A DNA stretch of 64,000 bases from Scyliorhinus canicula. Its lineage: Eukaryota. The stretch covers positions 49,411,391 to 49,475,390 of the forward strand of contig NC_052165.1 in assembly GCF_902713615.1 (NCBI RefSeq), in the 5' to 3' direction. Below are positions 38,105-50,200 of this stretch, piece after piece. The notes beneath the pieces were generated by a model, which saw nothing but the letters and a program-made list of their open reading frames with translations, had not been told where the DNA came from and did not search any database. Positions within the stretch are counted from its first letter, which is position 1. Each line of letters starts with the position of its first letter. A program made the translations under genes and the position numbers.

Positions 38105-38398
38105 GGGCAGCACAGTAGCATGGTGGTTAGCATAAATGCTTCACAGCTCCAGGGTCCCAGGTTCGGTTCCCGGCTGGGTCACTGTCTGTGCGGAGTCTGC
38201 ATGTCCTCCCCGTGTGTGCGTGGGTTTCCTCCGGGTGCTCCGGTTTCCTCCCACAGTCCAAAGATGTGCGGGTTAGGTGGATTGGCCATGCTAAATTGCC
38301 CGTAGTGTCCTGAAAAGTAAGGTTGGGGGGGGGTCATTGCTCGGCACAACATTGAGGGCCGAAGGGCCTGTTCTGTGCTGTACTGTTCTATGTTCTAT
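38105..38398 (+). mobile_element. HE1-type V-SINE (FOXM1 intron 2)
   Basis: Complete head, core and tail with a short internal deletion. Confidence 0.9.
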
Positions 38399-38769
38399 AA
38401 TGCAAGATGGCATACTGCATGTCCTCCCCGTGTGTCCGTTTACTCCCAGAGGAAATCATTATACTCTTTCCTTTCTAGTTATAATGGGATTTTGTACTCT
38501 TTCCCCCCCCCCCAGACTTTACAACTGTATTGTTTTTACTATTCCAAGCAACAAAAAAATTTTAGCAGAGGGGATCAGAATCTATCCAACGGACTACATC
38601 TACTTTCTTATTAACTTTCTGCTTTTCCTTTACCTCTCTGGATCTGGTTATTTTTCCTGCTAAAATTTCTCCAAAGCACACTGAACACATTGTGGTTATT
38701 CAGTGTACCTGCTCCCCTGGGGCAATGAAGGTCAGGAGCCAGTCATCATTCTTGGGGTGTGAGCATCAT

Positions 38770-39700
38770 TGTCAATGCCAATATTTGCTGCCCTTCTTTA
38801 ATTGCCTATGAGAAGTTAATGTTGAGCTATCGCTTTGAAATATTGCAGTCCTATGCTGTAGGTACACAGTTGTTTGGAAGGGGGGTTTAGCTTTTGACCC
38901 AATGACAGTGAAGGAATGGCAATACAAAATAGAATTCCAAGCCATGATGGTGAGTCTTGGAAGGAAACTTTCAAGTGGTGGTGTTCGCAAGCATCTGCCA
39001 CCCTTGACCTAGGTGGAAGATGATCACAAAGGCGTCAGGGTGCTGCAGTGCATCTTGTAGATGGTACACACTGCTGCCACTGTGCATCATTAATGGGAGT
39101 GAGTGAATGTTTACGGTGGTGGCTGAGGTCCCAATCAAACGGGCTGCTTTCTCCTGGGTGGTGTTGAGCTTCTTGAGTGTTGGAGCTGCTCTCGTCAGGT
39201 TAAGTGGAGAGCACTCCACCACACTCGTGACGTGTAAGTGGTGGATAGACTTTGCGGAGTCAGGAGGTGAGTTACTCAGCACAGCCTCTGATTTACTCTT
39301 TAGCCATAGTATGTATTTGACTAGTCCAGTTAAGATTCTGCTCAATGGTAACACCCAGAATTTGATAGTGGCTGATAAATTCTATGGCATTACAATTGAT
39401 CAGAGGGAAGATGGCTAAAATCTCTGTTATTGAAGATAATCATTACTCACCACTTAATGTGGTACAATGATACTTGCTACTTAAGCCTGAATATCTTCCA
39501 GGTCTTGATGTGTTTGAGCATAGACTGCTTCAGTATCTGAGGAGATGCACACAAAAATGAAATGGTAATTGTGAGCAAACATCCCACTTCTGACCTTATG
39601 ATGGATAGATGATCATTATGAAACAGCTGAAAATGGTTGGGCCAAGGACAGACCTTTTAGGAATTACTGCAGCAATTTCCTTTGGCCTTCAAAACCACAC
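38770..39700 (-). mobile_element. decayed CR1/L2-group LINE fragment
   Basis: VVECSPL...AAPTLKKLNTTQEKAARLI, an RT C-terminal motif. Confidence 0.65.
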
Positions 39701-40281
39701 TCATTTTCTGGTATCTCAAAACCACACCCATTTTCTGGCATCTCAAACTCAATTCCTATGTATTGTCGAATCATTGTATCCTTTATAACATTCAATGTGG
39801 TGCAAAACTCTGCAACCAATGGATTTGGTTGACTCCATGTGCTATAGAGACAAAGCTTAAGACAACAATGCAGTCATGCAGTTGCACTTAATTGTCATGC
39901 GTTACCAGTAATTCCATTGAACACAACTGCATTGTGGTTGGGTTATTTTGGTATGGGAAATATTTTGAGTTCTGCAGTACTTTTTGCCAATCAAACTCGA
40001 AGTTTATTCAAAACTGAGGTTTTGTTTTTATTTTGCAGAATCAGCAAGAGGAAAACTACATTTTCCTGGTGAAGTCTGTCAGTCTGCCAGTTAAAATGGG
40101 CAACTGGCTGAACCTGGATCATGGCTTAAAACATAAATGGGTGCAGTGGATTAAAGCAAGAACATAATGGGTTTTGATGGCAGAATCTAATCAGAAGAAA
40201 GATGCCTTACAGTGGCTGATCTACATCAGGCAAACTTTCTACTTTTTATGCAAAATCTCTGCCATTATTTCCTTCTCTTAG

Positions 40282-40430
40282 CTCCTACAGTTCCTGAGCG
40301 TCTTCTCCTGGACGACAGCCTGACCAACATTCAATGGCTGGGTAAGATGAGCACTGATAGCCTGGGTGCTTGCAGCGTGAAGGATGAAACTGAGAAAGAA
40401 AACCAAGAGCCTCCAGCAGAAGGTGCCACT
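40282..40430 (+). CDS. FOXM1: FOXM1 exon 3 (KEN box)
   Basis: Encodes LDDSLTNIQWLGKMSTDSLG...EKENQ. Acceptor ttag| at 40281, with an alternative in-frame acag| at 40290. Donor ACT|gtaagt, phase 1 to 0. Confidence 0.93.
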
Positions 40431-41159
40431 GTAAGTGCTGCTCTTCCCGGCTTGGTGTTCAATTCTGAGGCGTTTCAAATCCTGCAACAACTTTGAAGTG
40501 TTTACCCATTTCATAACTTTAGTTTACATACTTGTATTCAAAGGGAGCAGTTAACAATCTGGGAAAGCATCGGGGCCAGTAATTTAATATTCAAAAAGTG
40601 GATAGGAAGAGTATAGAGGGAGGAGGAGGCAAACCTCATAAAAGGGGAGAGTGACGGGATTGGAGCATAGTGAATGAGTGCTAGTCAGGAATAGGTTTCG
40701 GGATGCCAGAGACTATGATTTGGCGGAAACACATATTTTGAAAGAAGAGCTGAGTAATTCATGCAGAGGGTTTTGTGACTATTGCATTTAGCTTTGTCTT
40801 GATTCCTTAGTGTTTCAGAATAACTTGCATAGAAAGTTGACCTTGTATTTGTTATGGCCACTTTTGATTGGCTTAAGTAAGGTTAGGGAACGTAGAATTA
40901 ACTTTACCCTGTATGTAACTAACTTAGACTATCTATGTTCAAGTGCGTTGGGCAGTTTAAAGGGAGATTTGCTGTGAATCTATCCTTCCTTTAGCCGTCC
41001 TAGAACTGACCTGATCAACATTGGAGTTCAGTAGTTTAATAGATCTTGTGTGAATCCGATGTGTCGTCCAAAATATATATTCTGTTGGCTGTTTTTTACA
41101 ATTTCCTCAGTATTTTGATTTTGTTTACGTTTCTGTCATGGATTCTTTCTTTATTGCAG

Positions 41160-41318
41160 GCAGAATCTGTTCATGAACGACCTCCATATTCCTACATGGC
41201 TATGATTCAGTTTGCGATTAACAGTACGCAGAGCAAGAGGATGACTCTGAAAGAAATCTACACCTGGATTGAGGATCATTTCCCCTATTTCAAATATGTG
41301 GCCAAACCAGGTTGGAAG
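41160..41318 (+). CDS. FOXM1: FOXM1 exon 4: forkhead domain, N-terminal half
   Basis: AESVHERPPYSYMAMIQFAINSTQSKRMTLKEIYTWIEDHFPYFKYVAKPGWK; boundaries ttgcag| and AAG|gtaagc; 159 nt. Confidence 0.97.
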
Positions 41319-41345
41319 GTAAGCTTAAAATATTTAAATTAGTAG

Positions 41346-44264
41346 CGTCGTAGCCTCCAAGCGGAGTTTGATATATTGACCACCAGGAAGGGGGAGGCAC
41401 AGTGGAGGAGGGCACAGCGGGCGGAATACGAATACGGAGAAAAGGCGAGTCGGATGCTGGCACACCAGCTCCAGAAGCAGGAGGCAGCTAGGGAGATAGG
41501 GAGAGTTAGGGATGGAGGAGGAAGTCTGGTGCGGAGTGCGAGGGGCATTAACGGAGTGTTCAGGGCCTTCTATGAGGAACTATACCGGTCAGTACCCCCA
41601 GTGGAGGAGGGAGGAATGGACCACTTTCTGGGCAAGCTACGGTTTCTGAGAGTGGGGGGAGGCGCAGGTGGGGGGGTTGGGGGCACCAGTTGGGCTGGAG
41701 GAGCTGGTTAACGCGATGGGGAGCATGCAGTCGGGGAAGGCACTGAGACCTGATGGATTCCCGATTGAATTCTATAAGAAGTTTTCAGACCTGCTGTGCC
41801 CGCTGCTACTAAGGACCTTTAATGAGGCGAGGGAGGGGGGGGGGGGGGGGGGGGGGGGCTTTGCCCCCGACGATGTCTAGGGCGTTGATCTCATTGATTC
41901 TGAAGCGGCAAAAGGACCCCCTTGAGTGCGGGTCCTATAGACCGATTTCGCTCCTCAATGTGGACGCAAAACTGCTAGCCAAGATCTTGGCCAGGAGGGT
42001 GGAGGACGTGGTGCCGCAGGTCATACACGAGGATCAAACGGGTTTTGTGAAGGGGAGGCAGTTGAACGTTAATGTACGGAGGCTTCTCAATGTCATAATG
42101 ATGCTGCCGGTGGATGGGGAGGCGAAGATAGTGGCGTCAATGGACGTGGAGAAGGCCTTCGATAGGGGGTAGTGGGGATATCTTTGGGATGTTTTGAAAA
42201 GGTTCGGGTTTGGATAGGGATTTATTAGGTGTGTGAGGCTGCTGTATGATGCTCCGGTGGCGAGTGTGGTTACGAATGGGAGGAGGTCGGAGAATTTTCG
42301 ACTGTACCGGGGGACAAGGCAGGGGTGTCCCCTGTCTCCCCTGCTGTTTGCGCTGGTGATCAAACCCCTGGCCATGGCGCTGAGGGAGTCAAGGAACTGG
42401 AGTGGGATAGTGCGGGGGGGGGAGCATCGGCTGTCGTTATATGCGGATGATTTATTGTTGTATGTGGCAGATCCGGTGGGGGGGGATGCCGGAGGTGATG
42501 AGGATTCTTGGGGAGTTCGGGGACTTCTCCAGGTATAAGCTCAACGTGGGGTAGAGTGAGCTGTTCGTGGTGCATTCTGGGGACCAGTAGAGAGGGATTG
42601 GGGAACTCCTGCTGAAAAGGGCGGAGAGGAGTTTCAGATACCTGGGGGTCCAGATAGCCAGAAGCTGGGGGGCCCTGCACAGGCTCAACTTTACGAAGCT
42701 GGTGGAGCAGATGGAGGAGGGCAGGGTCCAGTCGGTCATAATGACGGTGCTCCCGAGGTTTCTGTTCCTCTTCCAGTGCCTCCCTATCATGATTACAAAG
42801 GCTTTTTTCAGGAGGGTCAATAGGAGTATTATGGGATTTGTGTGGGCGCAGAAAACCCCGAGGGTGAGGAGGGTGTTCCTGGAGAGGGGGGGTTGGCGTT
42901 GCCCAACCTATGTGGGTACTGCTGAGCCGCAAACGTGGCGATGATACGTAGGTGGGTGATGGAAGCGGGAGGGGGCTGCATGGAAGAGGATGAAGGCGGT
43001 GTCCTGTGTGGGCATGTGCCTAGAGGCGTTGGTGATGGCGCCGTTGCCGCTCCCCCCAACAAGATGTACCACGAGTCCGGTGGTGGTGGCTACCCTCAAA
43101 ATTTGGGGGCAGTGGAGGCAGCATAGGGGGGGAGGTGAAGGCTTCAATTTGGTCCCCGATACGGGGGAACCACCGGTTTATACCAGGGAGGATGGACGGA
43201 GGGTTTTTGAGACAGGGCAGGTATCAGGTAGATTGGGGACCTCTTTCTCGACGGGAAGTTTGCGACCTTGGAGGAGTTGGAGGGAAGGTTGGGCCTCCCC
43301 CCAGGGAACACCTTTAGATACATGCAGATTAGGGCGTTTGTTAGACTTCAGGTGGCGGAGTTTCCACTGTTGCCACAGGGGGGGTTCAGGACAGGGTGCT
43401 CTCGGGGACGTGGGTCGGTGTGGGGAGGACCTCGGCAGTCTACCAAGTGATGCAGGAGGAGGAGGAAGCCTCGGTGGAGGAGCTGAAGGATAAGTGGGAG
43501 GAGGAGCTGGGAGAGGAGATTGATGAGGGAACGTGGGCGGATGCCCTGGAGAGGGTGAATTCCTCCTCCTCCTGCGCGAGGCTTAGTTTGATTCAACTAA
43601 AGGTGTTGCATAGGGCGCACATGACTGGGACAAGGCTGAGCCGGTTCTTTGCGGGAGAGGACAGGTGTGTCAGGAGTTCGGGGAGCCCGGCAAACCGCAC
43701 CCATATGTTTTGGGCGTGCCCTGCGCTGGAGGGGTGTCGCGGAGACGTTGTCAAGGGTGGTTGGCTCCAGGGTTGAGCTGGGCTGGGGGCTCGCAATTTT
43801 TGTGGTGGCAGCGGAGCCAGGAGTGCAGGAGGCGAAAGAGGCCGGTATTCTGGCCTTTGCGTCCCTGGTAGCCCAGCGCAGGATTCTTTTGCAGTGGAAG
43901 GATGCGAGGCCCCTGAGCGTGGAACCCTGGATCAACGATATGGCTGGGTTCATCAAACTGGAGAGGGTCAAGTTTGCCCTAAGGGGGTCGGTGCAGGGGT
44001 TCTTCCGGCGGTGGCATCCGTTTCTAGTCTTCCTGAAGGAGCATTAGGGGGTGGTCAATTTCAGCAGCAACCGGGGGGGGGGGGGGGGGTGGGGGGGGGG
44101 GTGATGGGCGGGGGTGTTCTTTACTGGGTATGTGTATTTGTTTCTATGTTAATTTTTTTCTTTTAATTGCGTCTGTATTTGGGGTTACTTTTTTTTCTGT
44201 TTTCTTCCGTCTTGTTGGTTAAAATTTGTTGAAAATTTAAATTAAAATTATTTTTAAAAAAAAG
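41346..44264 (+). mobile_element. 5'-truncated L1 in FOXM1 intron 4
   Basis: YEYGEKASRMLAHQL, SYRPISLLNVDAKLLAK, GTRQGCPLSPLLF, SLYADDLLLY, HMFWACP; G-rich 3' UTR and A-tail. TSD TAAATTAGTAG at 41335-41345 and TAAATTGGTAG at 44265-44275. Confidence 0.93.
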
Positions 44265-44690
44265 TAAATTGGTAGGAGACAGTGGCATGGTGGTATTGTC
44301 ACTGGACTAATAATCAAGAGACACAGGGTCTGGGGGACGCAAGTTCAAATTTAACCAAGGCAGATGGTGAAAATTGAATTCAATAAGAAATAAATCTGGA
44401 ATTGAAAGTCTAATGATGACCATGAAACCATTGCCTTAAAAAACCATCTGGTTCACTCATGTTCTTTAGGGCAGGAAATGTAGCCTACATGCATTTAACC
44501 AAAAATAATTTATAGGCTGGGGGAGTGTTCATTATGTTCATAAACATATATGGTCTGCCTCCTGAGCAAAACTGTGATGAATCTGTCCTCTGACCTTGTT
44601 GGATTTCCAGGTGTGTAATTTTGAGCAGAGTGGCACCCAACTCAATTTCCACTCCGTTCGAAGATATGTATGTATGCTATTTCAAGAGGA

Positions 44691-44899
44691 CAGTAAGAAG
44701 TCTTACAACACCAGGTTAAAGTCCAACAGGTTTGTTTCAAACACGAGCTTTCGGAGCACTGCTCCTTCCTCTGGTGAATGCCTGAGGAAGGACCAGTGCT
44801 CCGAAAGCTCGTGTTTGAAACAAACCTGTTGGACTTTAACCTGGTGTTGTAAGACTTCTTACTGTGCTCACCCCAGTCCAACGCCGGCGTCTCCACATC
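44691..44899. mobile_element. Penelope-type palindromic insertion (81-bp hairpin) with 12-bp TSD
   Basis: Arms 44691-44771 and 44784-44864 with one mismatch. TSD ATTTCAAGAGGA at 44679-44690 and 44900-44911. Family assignment is from recall. Confidence 0.75.
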
Positions 44900-45154
44900 A
44901 TTTCAAGAGGAGACCTTTCCCTCCATTTGACAATTCTAAAACTCTGGAGGTTTTCATGCTAACAATAATAATTGTCGAGCAACAGCTTTCTTTAGTCTCA
45001 AATTTTGTTCATACTCCTGTCAAGCACTTTGGTATAGGTTACTATATTGTGGTGCTGTTTAAATGCAAGTTTTTTTGTTGTCAGAGCTTCCCATTTATGC
45101 TTTGTTAACTTATGAGGGTTGTCATGATAACTAAATCCTTCCTTCCTGTCTCAG

Positions 45155-45283
45155 AACTCTATTCGGCACAACCTATCTCTGCATGATATGTTCATACGTC
45201 AGACATCTCACAACGGCAAGATATCACACTGGACAATCCGTGCTGAAGCCAACCGCTTCCTGACGTTGGATCAGGTTGTTAAG
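45155..45283 (+). CDS. FOXM1: FOXM1 exon 5: forkhead helix 3 and wings
   Basis: Manual translation gives NSIRHNLSLHDMFIRQTSHNGKISHWTIRAEANRFLTLDQVVK (not in the ORF track). Boundaries ctcag| and AAG|gtgcgt; 129 nt. Confidence 0.97.
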
Positions 45284-45355
45284 GTGCGTTTTCTGTGTGC
45301 TTTTTTTTGAAAAGCACAGTTTTGTTTGTGCAGATTTATGGTTTTCAGTCAGGAG

Positions 45356-46387
45356 CTGGATGAATATCTGGCTAATCACAACATTGAGAAGTGTAAGGAT
45401 TAGTCTAAACTGGTACTGCATAATTCTAGCATGGAACAACGTGGAATCTATAGTTGCTGAGGTTAAAGAAATAACTAATCATTATTTCATTTTGATAGAT
45501 TGTAATGTTAAGTTGATATCAGGAAATTTTCACAATTATCTTGGATAATGAGGAAAGACATTAAGTCTTTTTTTAAGTCAGTTTTTTTTCTTGTGAAATT
45601 TTACCTGAAATTAATATTAAAACAAATTTCAAATTCCAGACCAGGACAAATTTCATTGTGTTACAACACCCTGGGCCAGCCAGCGTGTGGTCAATTCCAG
45701 CTTTATTTAACCTGGTATCGCAACATGGTTCAAATTAACTTTTATTTTAAAATAGCCAAGGTCTTCGGCTGCTAAATAACTACAGTCACCAGGTTTGTAA
45801 ATTTAAACACAATTAACTTTATTATTAACAGTAACTATAATTAACAAATATAACTGGTTAGCTACTCTCTAATCTTTAATGCTCCTTTTTACTCCCCACC
45901 CATATATATAATATACACACACAAACAGAGGGGCAAGAGTGGTGTAAAATAATGATAAAGTAAAAGGATAACAGTCTATGTTTCAGATGGACGCCTTCCA
46001 GTGTGTTTTTCTTCAGTGTAGGCTTTCAGGTGGACGTTATCTTTCTTTCAGCTTGTAATGATTTTTACGGTAAACTCAAAATTAGCAGGCATTCAGGAAA
46101 TAGAGAGACAGCTTCTTTCAGGGTCTAGAAGCTTCTGCCTTCAAACAGGCAGCAGAACAGAGAGAGAAAGCTGCTTCTACCTTGAGAGTCCAGTGGCTCC
46201 TCCAGAGTTCTCTCCAAAAAAACCCACCTGACAAAACATTACAATCTATCAAAATGAAATAATGATTAGTCATTTCTTTAACCTCAGCAACATAGATTCC
46301 ACGTTGTTCCATGTTAGGATTGTGCAGTACCAGTTTGGACTAACCCTTACACTTCTCAATGTTGTGATTAGCTAGATATTCATCCAG
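45356..46387. repeat. 154-bp inverted duplication (45356-45509 vs 46235-46387)
   Basis: Manual alignment: 7 substitutions (all transitions) and a 1-nt indel. Confidence 0.95.
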
Positions 46388-46633
46388 GGTTGCCTGGCAG
46401 AGTACTGTCCAGGCCAGCTGCCAACCAATCAAAACAAACCCCTCCAATCTCGTCTGGGTTCTTCCCAAAATACAAAACTTTATAACACCGTGTGCTATTT
46501 AGACACTTTGAGTTCCTTCCTTCCTCTCCTCAACTCCAAGGTATGTCTTCATTAATGATCCAATGGATCAAAAACTCTAATGACAAAATGAAAGAAATAG
46601 GAACTAAGGGAATCAACAGGAAGAACCCTTACA
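45659..46633. mobile_element. solo-LTR-like element containing a captured inverted intron segment
   Basis: TGTTACA...TTACA termini; imperfect 4-bp flanks ATTG/ATAG. Confidence 0.55.
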
Positions 46634-47290
46634 ATAGTAACAAACAGAAGGAAAGTACTTGACAAATATCCATGGCTTAATTTACTTGTATACGCTGGAC
46701 TTAATTTTCTATTGTCACTATGAAATATGCTTACCTATCTTTACTCTGATAAATGATGTCATTATAACCAGTGTTTTGATTGTGAAATCCAACTCAGGAC
46801 TTCTTTGAGAGTTAGGAATGGCATAGAATGGGAGGCATGGTGGCGCATTGGTTAGCACTGCTGCCTCAAGGCGCAGAGGAAACGGGTTCGATCCCAACCC
46901 CGGGTCACTTTCTGTGTGGAGTTTGCACATTCTCCCAGTGTTTGCATGGGTCCCACAACCCAACAGCGTATAGGCTAGGTGGTTGGCCACACTAAATTGT
47001 CCCTTATTGGAAAAAAAGTAATTGGGTGCTCTAAAATTAAAAGGAATGGCATAGAATTGTTTTGAATTATATATACTTTATGTTAATAAGACATCTGTGC
47101 TCCTGTAATACCCGCTGTTACTCCATATTTCCATAAATATTCTAGATTTGCTATCAATGTGGCTTGCATGAATATTTTGTTACAGAAGCAGGCAGACACA
47201 GAATGAAAGGAGGTCATTCGAACTGCAATGTCTTGGTGTCTTTTTTCAAGAGCAACTCAGCTAGTCCCATACTTTCCCCATAGCCCTGCA

Positions 47291-50200
47291 GTTCTTTACT
47301 TCAGAAAACATTGAGGTATTAATACAGTTTGGCTTCAGACAGCAGCAGCAGCTAAACACAATTATACACAATCTCCTCGTGTCTGAACTGAAAACACACG
47401 CAAACCTGGACTCCAGATTGACATCACAATAACATTTTTGTTAAAGACATCCATACGCATAATCAAATAGGAAGATGCTAAAAAGCACGATTAAAATGCT
47501 CCATAACATTTCTCCCTCTTAAATTTCAATCCCCAATCCCCCTTAAGGAGAGACAACATCACAACGTGAATGTCACAACTGATACGTCAGTCTGTCAGGA
47601 ACTTTACAGCTATCTTGTGATCTGGGTAGAGCCACTGGTGACTCAGTAGACACCGGTGAGTCTTGGTTCAGTTAAGCTGGACTCGAAGATGCAGAAGTGG
47701 GTTGGTTGTTAATGAGAAGTCCTTAAAACTCTTCCGGAGTAACTGGAAGCCCCTGAACAACAGGAACCACTTCCTGTTGAATTTCTGGAGCACCGTTTCC
47801 TTCTGCCATGTGATCCGGAAACCTAGCTGTCTCAGAATTGTGACGTAGACGAATATGATCTTGGTATCTGCGGATAATCCTTCCATTCATCAGTTTCACC
47901 ACAAACGATACTGGACCACTTTGGTTCACAATCACTCCAGGCAGCCATTGTTGGTTATTGCCGAAGTTCCTGACATATATACCGTCAACCGGACTGAAAT
48001 GCCTCGCCTTTGCATGGTAGTCATGCCGCTCCTTCTGGATTTCCTGTCTCCTTCCCACTCTCGCTTTGACATCTGGGTGAAGCAGGTCCAGGGGAGACGT
48101 TGACTTCCTATCCATCAGCATTTCAGCCGGTATTGTCGATTGTGGTGTAATACAGTACTGAAACAAGAGCCACAAGAGCTTAATTCCCAAAGTACCGTCT
48201 GCCATTCTCTTTAGTCCTTCTTACAGTTTCTGAGCAACTTACTCTGCTCAACCATTCGACGCTGGATGAAAAGAAACAGTACATACAAATTTGGAGCAAA
48301 TCACTCGTAAACGTTGTCCCGTTATCAGAAACCAAAGAATCGGCTAAGCAATGGGGTGTAAAAACTTGGCGTATCTTCTGTATTGTAATGGAGGCTGTAA
48401 TGTTGCCCATGATGTGCATTTTTAACCACTTAGCATGCACATCCACGATGATTAGAAACATAGGACCCTTAAAAGCTCCTGCAAAATCTACACAAAGTCT
48501 AGACGAGCGATGGGTAGGCCACTACCGACAGATGGAATTGTGCTGGTGGTGCCATCTTTTGGTTTATTTGACATATCATACAGGATTTCACTTTGTTCTC
48601 TAAGTCCTGATCTATTTTTGGCCACCGAACATACAACCATGCTAAACTTTTCATTCATGAGGGACACTGGTGAACCTCAACCTTTATCTACAACGTGCGA
48701 GAGACCAGGAGGTGGTACAACCCCCAAAGAATGTAACCATCCTGCACATTCAGCTCATCCTTGCGTTTTGCATATGGTCTCAGTTCCTCATCATCTATAA
48801 CAGGAGGCCAACCCTGCATAAGGAATCATCTCACCCTGGGCAAAACAATTTGAAGAATGGAGAATTTGAAGTAGGTCAAGCAAAAAAATTGTCTCTGGAG
48901 GAAATACTGCCTTGGTTGGTATGTCCGGTAAAGGAAGGCGACTCAGCGCATCTGCGTTTGTATTGTCCTTCCCTGCCCTGTCTATTGTACTGGTCGGCTG
49001 ACAGTGTGAGAGCCCAGCACTGTAATCTCACCGAGGGATGCATCTGGACTCGCTAAAAAGGCTCATCAATGGCTTGTGGTCTGTTAATATGGTCAATGAG
49101 CGATCATAAGATTACTGATGAAAGCGTTTCACACCGAAAATGATGGTTAGACCTTCCTTGTCTAGCTGTGAATATCCCGTCTCGTCTGTTGTCTGGGATT
49201 GTGATGCAAATCCAATGGGGATATATATATATCCAATGGGCAAATACTAGCAGGGGAGACTAGGACGCGGGGGCACAGCCTTAGAATAAAAGGGAGTCAC
49301 TTTAGAACAGAGATGAGGAGAAATTTCTTCAGCCAGAGAGTGGTAGGTCTGTGGAATTCATTGCCACAGAGGGCGGTGGAGGCCGGGACATTGAGTGTCT
49401 TTAAGACAGAAATTGATAAATTCTTGATTTCTCGAGGAATTAAGGGCTATGGGGAGAGAGCGGGTAAATGGAGTTGAAATCAACCATGATTGAATGGTGG
49501 AGTGGACTCGATGGGCCGAATGGCCTTACTTCCACTCCTATGTCTTATGGTCTTATGGATTTTCTGATCCGTCCTCCATCAGATGAGAGAGTACTGCCCT
49601 GAAGGTGAAGCGCCACATGAGTGAATGAGCTTTCTGTCCCGATCAAAGTGAACCAGTTGATTAGCTGATTGTAGCAACATTTTCACATCCTTCAAAGCTT
49701 TCTCGTGCTGGCCCCCAATTCCATTTGGTTTCTTTGTGGAGTAACAGATACAGTGATACCAATACAGTTGAAAGATCTGAAACTTCCTGTTGTAGTTCAC
49801 TAAACTGGAAATTACCAGAGCTCTGACACATTCTTGGGATTTAGAGCTTCCTTGATAGCTTGAACTATTTCCTCCACAGGGCACAGACCCTGCACTGTGA
49901 TTCTATGACCCAGATATACCACACTCTGTGCCTGGAAGATTAATTTGCTACTCTTCAGACACAGATCTGCCTCTAAAAATCTCTAACACTTGATTCAGGT
50001 TGTTGATGTGCTCCACCTCAGTTTTCCCTATGATCAGAATATCGTCCAAATAAACTGCCGAACAGGGAATCCCCCGCAACAGATTGTCCATTATCACATG
50101 AAAAATCATCAGACTGGAAGATACCCAAAAACCAGACGGTGTTATTTGAACAAACCTTTGTGGCTGTTGATTGTGACTGCTGATTTGAGTCCTCTAACAA

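Noticed and set aside
44596-45108. Two opposite ORFs sharing the same peptide SKKSYNTRLKSNRF
   Set aside because: An artefact of the palindromic insertion.
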